The notes under the pieces are model-generated. The model searched no databases and was not told the DNA's origin. It saw nothing but the letters and a program-made list of their open reading frames with translations. The translations under genes and the position numbers were made by a program. 20,000 nt of DNA from an uncultured virus (IMG/VR IMGVR_UViG_3300042691_032560) (lineage: Duplodnaviria > Heunggongvirae > Uroviricota > Caudoviricetes). Of the stretch, positions 1-9,100 are shown piece after piece. Where the stretch lies: the IMG/VR virus record IMGVR_UViG_3300042691_032560. One strand, given 5' to 3'. Every line of letters begins with the position of its first letter. Position 1 is the first letter of the stretch.

Positions 1-2343
1 ATTAACTTTCTGAACATCTCCGTGTGAAGCCTTAATACCGTTATTAACATAGTAAATCACATCACCAAGATTGACTGCCACATTATCACGAATTGCAAGT
101 TCCATATGTGCCATTCTCGACATTTCATTACCCGCTTTTGTTTTTTCCTTTGAGCGTTTTCTATAATCATCAATAGACAATTTAACTTTCGCTCTTTGGG
201 CAATCTTCATAAGTGGGATTTGTTTGTTATAGATTTTTTGAACATACTCATAATACCATTCGATAAATTCTTGACCCTTACCCTCTAGTAATTGTTTAAC
301 ACCCTTGTCCAAAAAGTCCTCAATGTAAAGTGGAAGTTTCTTTGACTTAATTGTATTACCCGTGAGTTTAATCTTACCCTTGGCATCCATAACCGCGTAA
401 TTCTTACGAGCAAGATTGATACACGATGGCCAAGTTCCATCAGTATCTAATGCCATCTCACCTCTCATAAATGTGTCGTTAAACTCGGCAACATCTGCGT
501 CGTCCCCACGATATTCTTTACCCTCCTTAACTTTCCAGTTTAAACCTTTACCGATATAAACTCTATCCTCCACACCTTCAGGTTTTGAAAAGTTAACACC
601 GTCAGTATCCATTACAAGTGGGGTATAACCTTTTTTCATAAAGAACTTAATCATCATACGAAGGTATTGTCTACCAGTACAAGTAATCTGTTCTCCCATA
701 TACATATCACCCCACGCAAATACTTGTGGGGCCGACAAAGCTCCGAACATTGAGTTGATGAAAATCTTAATCGGAAGTTGTTTACGGTCATACTTTAAAG
801 ATGTCTTTTTATCTTTATCATACCATTCTGCCGCCAAGTTCTTATACATGATACGAGAATTACGGAAGTAAGATAACATACCCTTCATTGCGCCTGTAAT
901 GTCACAATCAGGAAACACATCGTGTACAAGTTGGATTGAAGGATAAAGTGACGAGTAGTCAAGCTTCAATACTTTTGTAGAGTAACCAACCTTTAATAGT
1001 CGTGACAATCCGCCAACAAAATCCGTTTTTGATTGTTTTTTTGGAATTGCAAGTTTGTGTTTGTAACTCCAAGCAAGCATCAACATTTTCCAAAGTGTTG
1101 CCGTACCCATAGTAGATACCCTCTCATAGGTCGTTGGTACAAGGGATGCAAGTAGGAATGTTCCTTGGTTAAATTCTTCGTCAACAAGTAAGGTTTCCTC
1201 CAAGTCATCGTCGAGATACCTCTCTACAATATCATCACCTGTTGTCTTAATGTATGTGCCAGGAAATCTTGTATCTAAATAATTAAATTCAGGATTGTTG
1301 GCTTTCTTGTATTTTCCGTTCTTAATGTTTAACCAATATTCTTCCTTTTTGGCATACATCGGGCCAATCTCGGTGTGGTCAATATAAACTCGGTCTTCGG
1401 ATTCCGCGTCAATATATTGAGTGATATATTTCAAACCCGCTGACTTAATACTTGAATTAATTGCTTGTGCTCTACGGACTGAGTGAATAATATCAATTAC
1501 GTTATACCCCCACATTCCAACCTGATTGTATCTTTCAACTTCGTTGGCGAGTTTAAGTAAGTTCTCACTTTCCTTTATTGTATGTTTTGGGTTAAGTGTT
1601 TTACAAATTCTTTTAATATCGAGGTTCAGAGCCTTACAACGTTCGAATATCCAATACCAATCGAAGTTCGCGGAATTGTAACCTCCCAAAATACTAGGCT
1701 TTAACTCATCTATGATGTTGAAGAATTCTACAAGTCCTAGTCTCTCCTCGTCCTCATTAGAACACTCAATTACTTTTTGGTATCCTTTGTTTGTCTTGAT
1801 ACCTATCATAAAGATACGACCGTCTTTTGGTTCGAGTGCGGTCGTCTCTAAGTCGAATACAAACCTCGTAATATCATTGTATTCGTCGTATCCTTTAAAT
1901 AGTCGTTTTTCTCTCGATATAAGATATTGTTCGGTTGGTGGTAAAATCATAATTAGGTCTTTTGTTCTTTCACCCCAAGGGTCAACACCCCCATCACGGA
2001 AGAATTGAATTAAAGAACGATAACCCTTTAAGGATTTAACCATATACTTTAAACCTTCTTCCATTCGTTCATTACCGCCTGTCTCAAGTTTATCAATCAT
2101 AATTCCATACTTAGACATAGCTTCTTTCTGTAATGCCTTTGATGACTGATAAAAATTTAAACCTCGTAGGTCTCCGACCCACGCAAATGCAACGAATGTG
2201 TCTTTTTTGATTTCTTTACCTTTACCAGGTACTTCTTTGATTTTATATATAGAATCTGAAACGTAATCAAATTCTATGGCAACGATGTGCTCTTCAGGGT
2301 CGTTTCCTTCTAGAAACGCTTTGATTTCTTCTTGACTTGTCAT
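1..2343 (-). CDS. polB: Family B DNA polymerase with 3'-5' exonuclease domain (runs off the left edge; 781 codons visible)
   Basis: Manual translation from ATG at 2343 (MTSQEEIKAFLEGNDPEEHIVAIEFDY...) is open to base 1. ExoI FDLETT, ExoII GYNSANFDW, ExoIII YLDDDL, motif A LDYSSLYPS (~937-963), motif B KIFINSMFG (~742-768), motif C VMDTDG (~598-615). Not in the ORF track because there is no stop in the window. Confidence 0.96.
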   Translation of the reverse strand, partial: MTSQEEIKAFLEGNDPEEHIVAIEFDYVSDSIYKIKEVPGKGKEIKKDTFVAFAWVGDLRGLNFYQSSKALQKEAMSKYGIMIDKLETGGNERMEEGLKYMVKSLKGYRSLIQFFRDGGVDPWGERTKDLIMILPPTEQYLISREKRLFKGYDEYNDITRFVFDLETTALEPKDGRIFMIGIKTNKGYQKVIECSNEDEERLGLVEFFNIIDELKPSILGGYNSANFDWYWIFERCKALNLDIKRICKTLNPKHTIKESENLLKLANEVERYNQVGMWGYNVIDIIHSVRRAQAINSSIKSAGLKYITQYIDAESEDRVYIDHTEIGPMYAKKEEYWLNIKNGKYKKANNPEFNYLDTRFPGTYIKTTGDDIVERYLDDDLEETLLVDEEFNQGTFLLASLVPTTYERVSTMGTATLWKMLMLAWSYKHKLAIPKKQSKTDFVGGLSRLLKVGYSTKVLKLDYSSLYPSIQLVHDVFPDCDITGAMKGMLSYFRNSRIMYKNLAAEWYDKDKKTSLKYDRKQLPIKIFINSMFGALSAPQVFAWGDMYMGEQITCTGRQYLRMMIKFFMKKGYTPLVMDTDGVNFSKPEGVEDRVYIGKGLNWKVKEGKEYRGDDADVAEFNDTFMRGEMALDTDGTWPSCINLARKNYAVMDAKGKIKLTGNTIKSKKLPLYIEDFLDKGVKQLLEGKGQEFIEWYYEYVQKIYNKQIPLMKIAQRAKVKLSIDDYRKRSKEKTKAGNEMSRMAHMELAIRDNVAVNLGDVIYYVNNGIKASHGDVQKVN

Positions 2344-2400
2344 AATTGATTGGTTTATTGGCTGCCGCGAAATTACGACATTTACCTTTGTATCAATTAT
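2342..2400 (-). promoter_or_regulatory. Structured 5' leader of polB: 9-bp inverted repeat enclosing an inner hairpin and overlapping the start codon
   Basis: ATAATTGAT (2342-2350) and ATCAATTAT (2392-2400) are perfect reverse complements; inner mRNA-sense hairpin UGUCGU-aauuuc-GCGGCA (2363-2380) with two G-U pairs. Confidence 0.5.
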
Positions 2401-2406
2401 AAATAT
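2398..2406 (-). promoter_or_regulatory. Putative phage promoter motif ATATTTATA upstream of polB
   Basis: The same 9-mer occurs in sense orientation in the intergenic gaps at 6844-6852 and 9001-9009. Confidence 0.45.
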
Positions 2407-2424
2407 TAAAACCCACTAAATCAA

Positions 2425-3108
2425 TTAAGTTCTTATCTCTGTCGCCAAACAAATTTCACCTTGTTCCATTATAAGTCTATTCATATCTGTGAAACTTATA
2501 TAGGCATGACCTCCTTGACCCCATCCCTTACCCCAACTATTTTTAATTCTGAACATTTGTGAAGTTGTTGCAATTCCGTTTATCACATAAGCATGACCTC
2601 CAGCTAATGGTCCTGTTGCTCTAATAACCCCTGAAGAATTTGGAAAAAACATACCATAATACCAATTAGTACCAACAACAACTGGTCCCAAATTTAATAC
2701 AGAATCAATTAGTGTTTTTAAATTAAACCCCCAATAATACCTTGAGATTAATTTTTGATTTTGTAGGAATTTTGCACCTCCTCTTACTGAGGTTCCATCA
2801 TAGTTTTCTCCGGGCCAAATATCCAATCTTTGAGCGTTTTCATAAATAATGTTTGGTTGTATTTTTGGAGCGATTCCTCTATGATATACAGGACCATCAC
2901 TTAGCCAGTGAGACCATGCATATCCTACACACTGAGGTGTATTGCCTTGGTCTCCCCACCAAATTGTGTCATCCCAATAACGACTGGTAATTCTAGTTCT
3001 ATTTGTTCTTTTTAACAAATGAGTTGATATGAGATAGTTTTGGTCTCTCTCATCAGGAATATATTGTCTCCCTAATTTATAAGTTATTTCGGTATTTTCT
3101 GTTTCCAT
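2425..3108 (-). CDS. Papain-like cysteine peptidase (family C1)
   Basis: DQGNTPQCVGYA (oxyanion Gln and catalytic Cys), GGHAY (His), IKNSWGKGWGQGG (Asn); short PDERD pro-like N-terminus; no signal peptide apparent. Confidence 0.92.
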   Translation of the reverse strand: METENTEITYKLGRQYIPDERDQNYLISTHLLKRTNRTRITSRYWDDTIWWGDQGNTPQCVGYAWSHWLSDGPVYHRGIAPKIQPNIIYENAQRLDIWPGENYDGTSVRGGAKFLQNQKLISRYYWGFNLKTLIDSVLNLGPVVVGTNWYYGMFFPNSSGVIRATGPLAGGHAYVINGIATTSQMFRIKNSWGKGWGQGGHAYISFTDMNRLIMEQGEICLATEIRT

Positions 3109-3383
3109 TACTTTAAAAATAATTCAATTAATCTTGTTTCAATGTCAACATCAGTCCATTGACCTATTCTATCATACATTTGATTTTCCCAAAGGGTAAC
3201 TGGACCAAGTTCTTTTGTATTGGCAACAATTTTTCTTTGTTTTGATAGGTCTTCTACAGAAAGAACTTCAATTGTTGAGGTTTTAATTTGAACTGCAGGT
3301 ATTTCTCTAACAACAACCTCAGTTGGTAAAGAGATTATTAAACCTTCGCTTTGATTTTGAGTATTTCTTCTATTTGGTCTCAT
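3108..3383 (-). CDS. Hypothetical protein, 91 aa
   Basis: Fills the gap between neighbours; A-rich leader; its stop overlaps the peptidase start (TAATG), suggesting translational coupling. Confidence 0.75.
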   Translation of the reverse strand: MRPNRRNTQNQSEGLIISLPTEVVVREIPAVQIKTSTIEVLSVEDLSKQRKIVANTKELGPVTLWENQMYDRIGQWTDVDIETRLIELFLK

Positions 3384-3396
3384 TTTTTTATTTTAT

Positions 3397-6300
3397 TTAA
3401 GGTGTATCATATGAATCTTGACATGTGTATCCGGTTCCACTTGAGTTAACGGCGTATCCTCTGAAGTATATTGTTGAGCCTGAAGTTAGTCCGGTTAAGT
3501 TAGTGGTGTAAGAACCAATACCCGTTCCCCCTTCTACAACAACATTATTAGAAATAGTTGGATATGGAGAAGTGTCCCATACCACCCCTCGTTCAGTTAC
3601 TGAATTTCCTCCATCCAATGTAATATTAACGTAAACATCAATATCATAAGAACTAACTGCGGTCCATCCCGTAATATTTAAAGTCGGTACCACCGAATCA
3701 TTTATATTACCAATGATTAATGTATCAGTACCATCATAATAACTTATCCTAGTTCCTCCAGTTGAATTTGTGAACACTTGTTTAGAGTAAGAGTCGTAAA
3801 TTACCACTGAATTTTCTGAAATATCATTTATATTTGAATCAACAAAATTTGTTTTAGATATATTTTTATTATCCATTAAACATATTGACGATAAATCAAG
3901 TGACGAATATTTTAGTAAATTATTTTCAAATGTTGAATTATTTAAAACACCGTATAGTATTTCAGAAAATGAATTTAAATAATTTTGATTAATTGTACTG
4001 GCACTAAGAGTATTATTATAAATAAAACTATTGTTTAGGTCATTTAATCTTAATTCTGAACCACCATTTTGAGTATTATCAATTATATTTGACTGATTTT
4101 TTACTATATTATTACTAATAAAAGATGATGATAAAATAGTATTAATTGATATTTCAGATGTTTGGGTTATCTCGTTTTCGGAAATAAAAGAACTATCATC
4201 TAACGTGTTTCCTGATAAATAACTTAATGAAAGATTATTATATTCAATATAAGAATTAGTGAATCCTGAATTATATTCTATCGATGAATTCTGACTTAAA
4301 GTGTTATTTTGTACAAAAGTATTTGCCGATAAGTAATTATAATCAATAATTGAAATTTGACTTAATGTGTTATATAAAATATTTCCATTATTAATTAATG
4401 TGTTATTGGATATCGATGAATTATGTATTGTATTAAATGCAATATTTGAAATTGATAAATTATTAAATTCTATGGATGAATCATCTATGATTTCATTACC
4501 TTCAATACTAGTTGAAATAAATATATTATCATTTAACAAACTATCTGTAATTATATTATTTGAACCAATATTAGAGTTGTCAGTTATATTATTAGAAAAC
4601 TCAGAACCAAATTTCAAATTTATTTTATTAATATTAGTATTGTGAAATTGATTGTTATAAACAACACTTAAAAATATTTCACTGTCCGCAATATAAGTAT
4701 TATTTGTGTTATAACCTCCAAGTATATTACTATTTATTACCGAGTTTGATATTTCACAATTTTGAAATTCAGACCTAGGACTAAATATATTATCTGAAAA
4801 TATTGTTTCTGAGATAACATTATTGTAGGAAAAATTTGAGTTTCTAGTTGGTGCGAAATAGTTTTCAGAGAAAACACTACTTTGAGTTAAATTATTATCC
4901 CAAATAAACCCTCCTTGGAAATTTAAGCAATCAAGATAACTGTCTGTTATTTTATTACCCATTATACCGTATTTAGTTGTGGTTTGACTATTATTAAATA
5001 AACCAGTAATATTAGTATATTGAGTGTCTATATTAAATTTAGATTCCTCGATAAAATACCCATCAACAAGTGATAGAAAAATACTTACGATATTATCAAT
5101 CTCATTGTCACTTATCTTATCTATGGGTGATAATGACATCAGTAAATAATAAATTTTGGTTACACTAGATGCCGTTAAACCCGATATTTGGTCAAAATCA
5201 CTATCACATCCTCCGCTACTATAATCATGATTTATTCCCGTACCATCACTATTAACAATTATAATATGGTTGTTTGATGGTTCATTATTTGTGTTATTAA
5301 AATATCTTTTAACAAACGCGGTATAAGTTTCAGAGAATCCTGTGTAGGTTTGTTGATAAGAATCTAAAACAGAATCACAATCTGTACCAAGTGAACCATT
5401 AATGTAAAACTCATCTACAGAAGTATTTGTAGCCATCATAACAAATAATCCGGGATAAAGATTTGTAAAATAACTTGACGCTGCCCCGAAATAAGAATCG
5501 CCAGATAAAACAATTCCGTTTAAAGTAAAATAAAATGGAGAAGTTTCTTGATTACTGTGAACAGGTGGGTCAACCATTTGAGTGTGGGTGTAAGGTATTT
5601 GGGTGAATAATTCAGTATTTAAAATGTTACCAGTATCGAATAAATCGTTACCTCCATACAAAATATCACTTCCTAAATCAGGAACATCATTAAATAAAAA
5701 TAACCCTGTAGAATTACCCCAATTTGTTTGATTATTACCCCACTGAAAATCCTTAATTGGATTACCATAATTGTCTATTTCAAATTGTTTTATACTTTGA
5801 TACGTACAAGAAACTTCATTTCCAAATCCATCTCTTCTGTAAATTATTTTATCTTTTTCGTAATCATAAATTATTTCGTCGGCAACTAAATTATAGTTAA
5901 AATCATTAAACGGAATGGGAGACCACGTAGAACTTAATTCATACTTATTTAATGAAACACCAACGGTCGATGCCATATATGATGCGGTTATACTATAACC
6001 AGAACTTACAGAACCTGTAGTCTCTAAAGACCATTCACCGGTATCATAATTTGTGGTCCCTGTACCTCCACCATTTCCGACTAATTGACCACTTCCATTA
6101 TCTAAAAATTGTTCTATACCAGTGTCTATTGACAATGTTGATGGAAATATTGGTCTATTTTCGGTAAATCCGCTGTATATCGATGAACCATCACCAATTC
6201 CAACGGACTCATTAGAAATATCACCACCTTGATTTACCCATAAAAATCCTCCCCATATAGCCGAGCTGGAATTTTCATCACCAAATACATATTCAGGAGT

Positions 6301-6831
6301 CAATGAACGACTAATAGTTGCAATAACACCACTTGTGTTTCCAGTAATTGAGGTCGCACCACTCCAATCCCCATTTACCCATTCTATTAATTCATCAGAT
6401 ATATAAGTTCCAGTTCCACCCAAATCACATGTAACAGTTTCATTTGGTGTAAATATCCCTCCACTAATACTATCGAATGTAGGAGTCATGTGTCTCGTCC
6501 AAATTCCATATCCGTCGATAGTTTGGTCATATTTTGGATTATAAAATAAACCAACACCTTTCTCAGATAATTTATTTGGGGAAACTGACTCTAAAATTAT
6601 TGTTGTTCCACCATATAGGTCAAAATCAACCCCACTTATTATATAGAAATAACCAGGAATTAAACTTGATGTTTGAATTAAAGATTCAAGTTCATTTTTA
6701 GTAACCTCAATATAGTTAGTGGTTAGTCCCGAAACGTATCCTTTATATGTAGCACCATTATCTGTGAAAGGAAAAATACTCTCAGGACCTGGTGTTGCCA
6801 AAACTAATTGAGATATCTTAATATTCGCCAT
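3397..6831 (-). CDS. Large putative virion fibre/spike protein with Asn/Ile/Ser-rich beta-helix and C-terminal FN3-like domain
   Basis: MANIKISQL N-terminus typical of phage fibre proteins; about 400 aa of quasi-periodic I-x-x-N-x-L/I repeats; C-terminal DGGNSVTERGVVW...LTGLTSGSTIYFRGYAVNSSGTGY resembles fibronectin type III domains. Confidence 0.7.
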   Translation of the reverse strand: MANIKISQLVLATPGPESIFPFTDNGATYKGYVSGLTTNYIEVTKNELESLIQTSSLIPGYFYIISGVDFDLYGGTTIILESVSPNKLSEKGVGLFYNPKYDQTIDGYGIWTRHMTPTFDSISGGIFTPNETVTCDLGGTGTYISDELIEWVNGDWSGATSITGNTSGVIATISRSLTPEYVFGDENSSSAIWGGFLWVNQGGDISNESVGIGDGSSIYSGFTENRPIFPSTLSIDTGIEQFLDNGSGQLVGNGGGTGTTNYDTGEWSLETTGSVSSGYSITASYMASTVGVSLNKYELSSTWSPIPFNDFNYNLVADEIIYDYEKDKIIYRRDGFGNEVSCTYQSIKQFEIDNYGNPIKDFQWGNNQTNWGNSTGLFLFNDVPDLGSDILYGGNDLFDTGNILNTELFTQIPYTHTQMVDPPVHSNQETSPFYFTLNGIVLSGDSYFGAASSYFTNLYPGLFVMMATNTSVDEFYINGSLGTDCDSVLDSYQQTYTGFSETYTAFVKRYFNNTNNEPSNNHIIIVNSDGTGINHDYSSGGCDSDFDQISGLTASSVTKIYYLLMSLSPIDKISDNEIDNIVSIFLSLVDGYFIEESKFNIDTQYTNITGLFNNSQTTTKYGIMGNKITDSYLDCLNFQGGFIWDNNLTQSSVFSENYFAPTRNSNFSYNNVISETIFSDNIFSPRSEFQNCEISNSVINSNILGGYNTNNTYIADSEIFLSVVYNNQFHNTNINKINLKFGSEFSNNITDNSNIGSNNIITDSLLNDNIFISTSIEGNEIIDDSSIEFNNLSISNIAFNTIHNSSISNNTLINNGNILYNTLSQISIIDYNYLSANTFVQNNTLSQNSSIEYNSGFTNSYIEYNNLSLSYLSGNTLDDSSFISENEITQTSEISINTILSSSFISNNIVKNQSNIIDNTQNGGSELRLNDLNNSFIYNNTLSASTINQNYLNSFSEILYGVLNNSTFENNLLKYSSLDLSSICLMDNKNISKTNFVDSNINDISENSVVIYDSYSKQVFTNSTGGTRISYYDGTDTLIIGNINDSVVPTLNITGWTAVSSYDIDVYVNITLDGGNSVTERGVVWDTSPYPTISNNVVVEGGTGIGSYTTNLTGLTSGSTIYFRGYAVNSSGTGYTCQDSYDTP

Positions 6832-6839
6832 TTTAATTT

Positions 6840-6852
6840 TATTTATAAATAT
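6840..6852 (-). promoter_or_regulatory. Putative promoter motif ATATTTATA within palindrome TATTTATAAATA, 12 nt upstream of ATG 6831
   Basis: Direct reading; motif recurs upstream of other genes. Confidence 0.5.
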
Positions 6853-6873
6853 CTTTTATTTTTTTTTAATTTT

Positions 6874-8985
6874 TTAAATTACAATAACACCTTTTAGATT
6901 TTCTCCATTAGGGTCTGTCAATGTATCTATTATTGTCAAAGGTGGTACCGGAGGTGTTGATGTAGGGGTAGGGGTTGGAGTTGGGGTTTCACTAGTAGTT
7001 GGAGTATTAGTATTCGTAACACTTGGGGTTGGTGTATTAGTTGATGTTTGAGTATTAGTCGGTGTAGGAGTTGGAGGTAAAGAAGTTGGAATTAAGTCTG
7101 TCGGAGCAGGAGGGATAACCGGGTTATTAATCGGAGGTACAAAACTATAATTTGTATAAACACTGTAACCATATGAAGTATATCCCGTCACCGAAGTTCC
7201 AACCTCGTAAAACGCCGATACCCCATAATAACTTGAATATGGAGTTGTAAAATCGTAGAATAAAGTTTGAGCCGATTGAGTTCCTGCTGAAATCACAAGT
7301 GACAAATTAAATAACTGTACAGATTCGTATCCATAACCAATAATGTTTTGGAACGATACCTCAACGTCGGTATCGACCGGATATGATGAAGTTACGGTAT
7401 ACGTAAATAAAATGCCACCTAAAACTTCATAATAAATTGCGTTTATGTTAATTAAATTACAGGTTTCTTCTAATACTAAATTTTGGAAGTCCTCAGTAAT
7501 AAGAACATAATCAAAATCAAAATCAGTCGCCAAATATAAGTTACATTGAGGTGTTGGAGTTGGGGTAGGTGTCGGTGTAGGTGTCGGATAATTGAATTCT
7601 ACAATCTCAGTAACTATGAATTTGTTAGAATATTCGGCAGGTATAATATTAACATTTTTAAAATAACTGGTTCCGCTAAGTGACTCAAAATCATAGTCTA
7701 ATGTTAATGTTAATACATTTGATGTTTTCTCTTTATCTATTTCTATTTGAGATGTAATCTCTATTTCACCACCTGACGATAATAAGACATGAGTAAATTC
7801 TAATATTATATCATCAAAAAATGGCTTATCTATAACCAAATAATATTCTATATTAACTGAACCAGGACTTATTAATCCAAATAAATTCATTTTTATAACC
7901 AACCCAGGAGTTAATGTTGGGGTACGGGTTAGAGTCGGTGTGGGTGTTGGTGTTCTTGGAATTCCAGAGTCACATATGGTCAAGGTCGCTGACTGTAGAA
8001 AACCTTCGTCTTCAGGAGCGAAATCTTGAATATATAAAGTCCATAAACCATTTGCATATTCAGCTGGAGTCTCAGTTATAAAAACACTCAAGTCCAAAGT
8101 AGACTGACCTTGGATAAACTGATATGGACATGGGGAACCAAATAAAACTGTTTCATAAACATAAGGGTCATTTATAAAATTTCCGGTTGAGTGTCCGTCC
8201 CATAAAGTATTTGACAATGTGCTTAACGTGACAGTTCCGTTATCTATACCATAAACAGACCCTTTCCTCCCTGTTATTATAGAATATCTTAAACCATCCG
8301 GTGATAATAATATCATACCAACATCGCCAACATAAGTATGACTATATCCATTTAAAGTTAAACTTATACTATCTATGGCATTAGTTATACCATAAACTAA
8401 AAATGTAACGGGATATACTGAGGCCTCAGAGTCGTCAAATATTGATATATCTTGCTCTTCGGATGGAAATATTTTACAATAATTAGGAGTTACCGATGGT
8501 GTAGGTTGTGGTGTTGATGATGGAGGAGGTAAAGTAGGACACGGAGGACAAATAGGTTCAATAGGTGATTCAATACAACATGGAAATTCTGAAACATAAC
8601 AACTTTCATAATTTAAATCATTAGCAATAAATGATTCCTGAACTGAAATATATAATTTTTCTCTAATTGGTAGAATCAAAACTCCTTCAGAGTTTCTAAG
8701 CATGAACTGGCCCTCAAACCTACCTTCCATATTGGTGTCGGTAGAAGTGAATTGGTAGTATAGATAATACTCAGTTTCTGCATTTGGGTCATCAAAAGTT
8801 TTTTCAACAAAACCTGCAGGACGAGACATTATTTTTGGAATTCCCGTCTCAAGGTCCGTCATAGAAAAATAGATTGATGAAACTTCAATAAGTTTCATAA
8901 AATTATTGTAGTCACTTCTACCGTCCTTAACTACCTGTAACTTTAAAAGTGGGAGAGTTGCATTTTTCTTAATTAAGAATTCCAT
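6874..8985 (-). CDS. Putative structural protein: N-terminal baseplate-upper (BppU)-like Ig fold, proprotein convertase P-domain, Pro/Thr-rich linkers
   Basis: ATG at 8985 preferred over TTG at 8988. N-terminal FLIKKNATLPLLKLQV...YQFTSTDTNMEGRFEGQF; P-domain-like HTYVGDVGMILLSPDG...ANGLWTLYIQDFAPEDEGFLQSATL; four PT tracts. Confidence 0.7.
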   Translation of the reverse strand: MEFLIKKNATLPLLKLQVVKDGRSDYNNFMKLIEVSSIYFSMTDLETGIPKIMSRPAGFVEKTFDDPNAETEYYLYYQFTSTDTNMEGRFEGQFMLRNSEGVLILPIREKLYISVQESFIANDLNYESCYVSEFPCCIESPIEPICPPCPTLPPPSSTPQPTPSVTPNYCKIFPSEEQDISIFDDSEASVYPVTFLVYGITNAIDSISLTLNGYSHTYVGDVGMILLSPDGLRYSIITGRKGSVYGIDNGTVTLSTLSNTLWDGHSTGNFINDPYVYETVLFGSPCPYQFIQGQSTLDLSVFITETPAEYANGLWTLYIQDFAPEDEGFLQSATLTICDSGIPRTPTPTPTLTRTPTLTPGLVIKMNLFGLISPGSVNIEYYLVIDKPFFDDIILEFTHVLLSSGGEIEITSQIEIDKEKTSNVLTLTLDYDFESLSGTSYFKNVNIIPAEYSNKFIVTEIVEFNYPTPTPTPTPTPTPQCNLYLATDFDFDYVLITEDFQNLVLEETCNLININAIYYEVLGGILFTYTVTSSYPVDTDVEVSFQNIIGYGYESVQLFNLSLVISAGTQSAQTLFYDFTTPYSSYYGVSAFYEVGTSVTGYTSYGYSVYTNYSFVPPINNPVIPPAPTDLIPTSLPPTPTPTNTQTSTNTPTPSVTNTNTPTTSETPTPTPTPTSTPPVPPLTIIDTLTDPNGENLKGVIVI
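6940..7137 (-). repeat. Pro/Thr-rich low-complexity coding tract (C-terminal, mucin-like)
   Basis: PPINNPVIPPAPT...PPTPTPTNTQTSTNTPTPSVTNTNTPTTSETPTPTPTPTSTPPVPP. Confidence 0.9.
7549..7587 (-). repeat. (Pro-Thr)6-Pro coding repeat
   Basis: PTPTPTPTPTPTP with synonymous codon variation. Confidence 0.9.
7906..7959 (-). repeat. Pro/Thr-rich linker
   Basis: PRTPTPTPTLTRTPTLTP directly after the P-domain. Confidence 0.85.
8485..8565 (-). repeat. Pro/Cys/Thr-rich hinge-like linker
   Basis: PIEPICPPCPTLPPPSSTPQPTPSVTP. Confidence 0.8.
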
Positions 8986-9000
8986 CAATCTATTTTATCT

Positions 9001-9009
9001 TATAAATAT
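9001..9009 (-). promoter_or_regulatory. Putative promoter motif ATATTTATA, 15 nt upstream of ATG 8985
   Basis: Direct reading; a variant ATATTTATT lies at 9032-9040. Confidence 0.5.
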
Positions 9010-9100
9010 TTCTATTTAAGAAATAGACGATAATAAATATGTTGTTTCAAATCTTTAGTAATAGTGAAACTTTTTTATATTTTTGAAATACTTATATAAT

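Noticed and set aside
1712..2008. 98-aa plus-strand ORF
   Set aside because: Antisense shadow of the polB exonuclease domain.
1..2343. Intein or intron in polB; alternative genetic code
   Set aside because: Motif spacing is compact and the frame uninterrupted; long ORFs tile the window under the standard code.
4367..4645. 92-aa plus-strand Leu/Ile-rich ORF
   Set aside because: Antisense shadow of the Asn/Ile beta-helix repeats.
6940..8565. PT-repeat DNA as CRISPR array, DGR repeat or VNTR
   Set aside because: Repeats are degenerate at third codon positions, so they are maintained at protein level; no spacers or reverse transcriptase seen.
9011..9027. Hairpin TCTATTT-AAG-AAATAGA as a terminator
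   Set aside because: Weak AT-rich 7-bp stem; not supportable.
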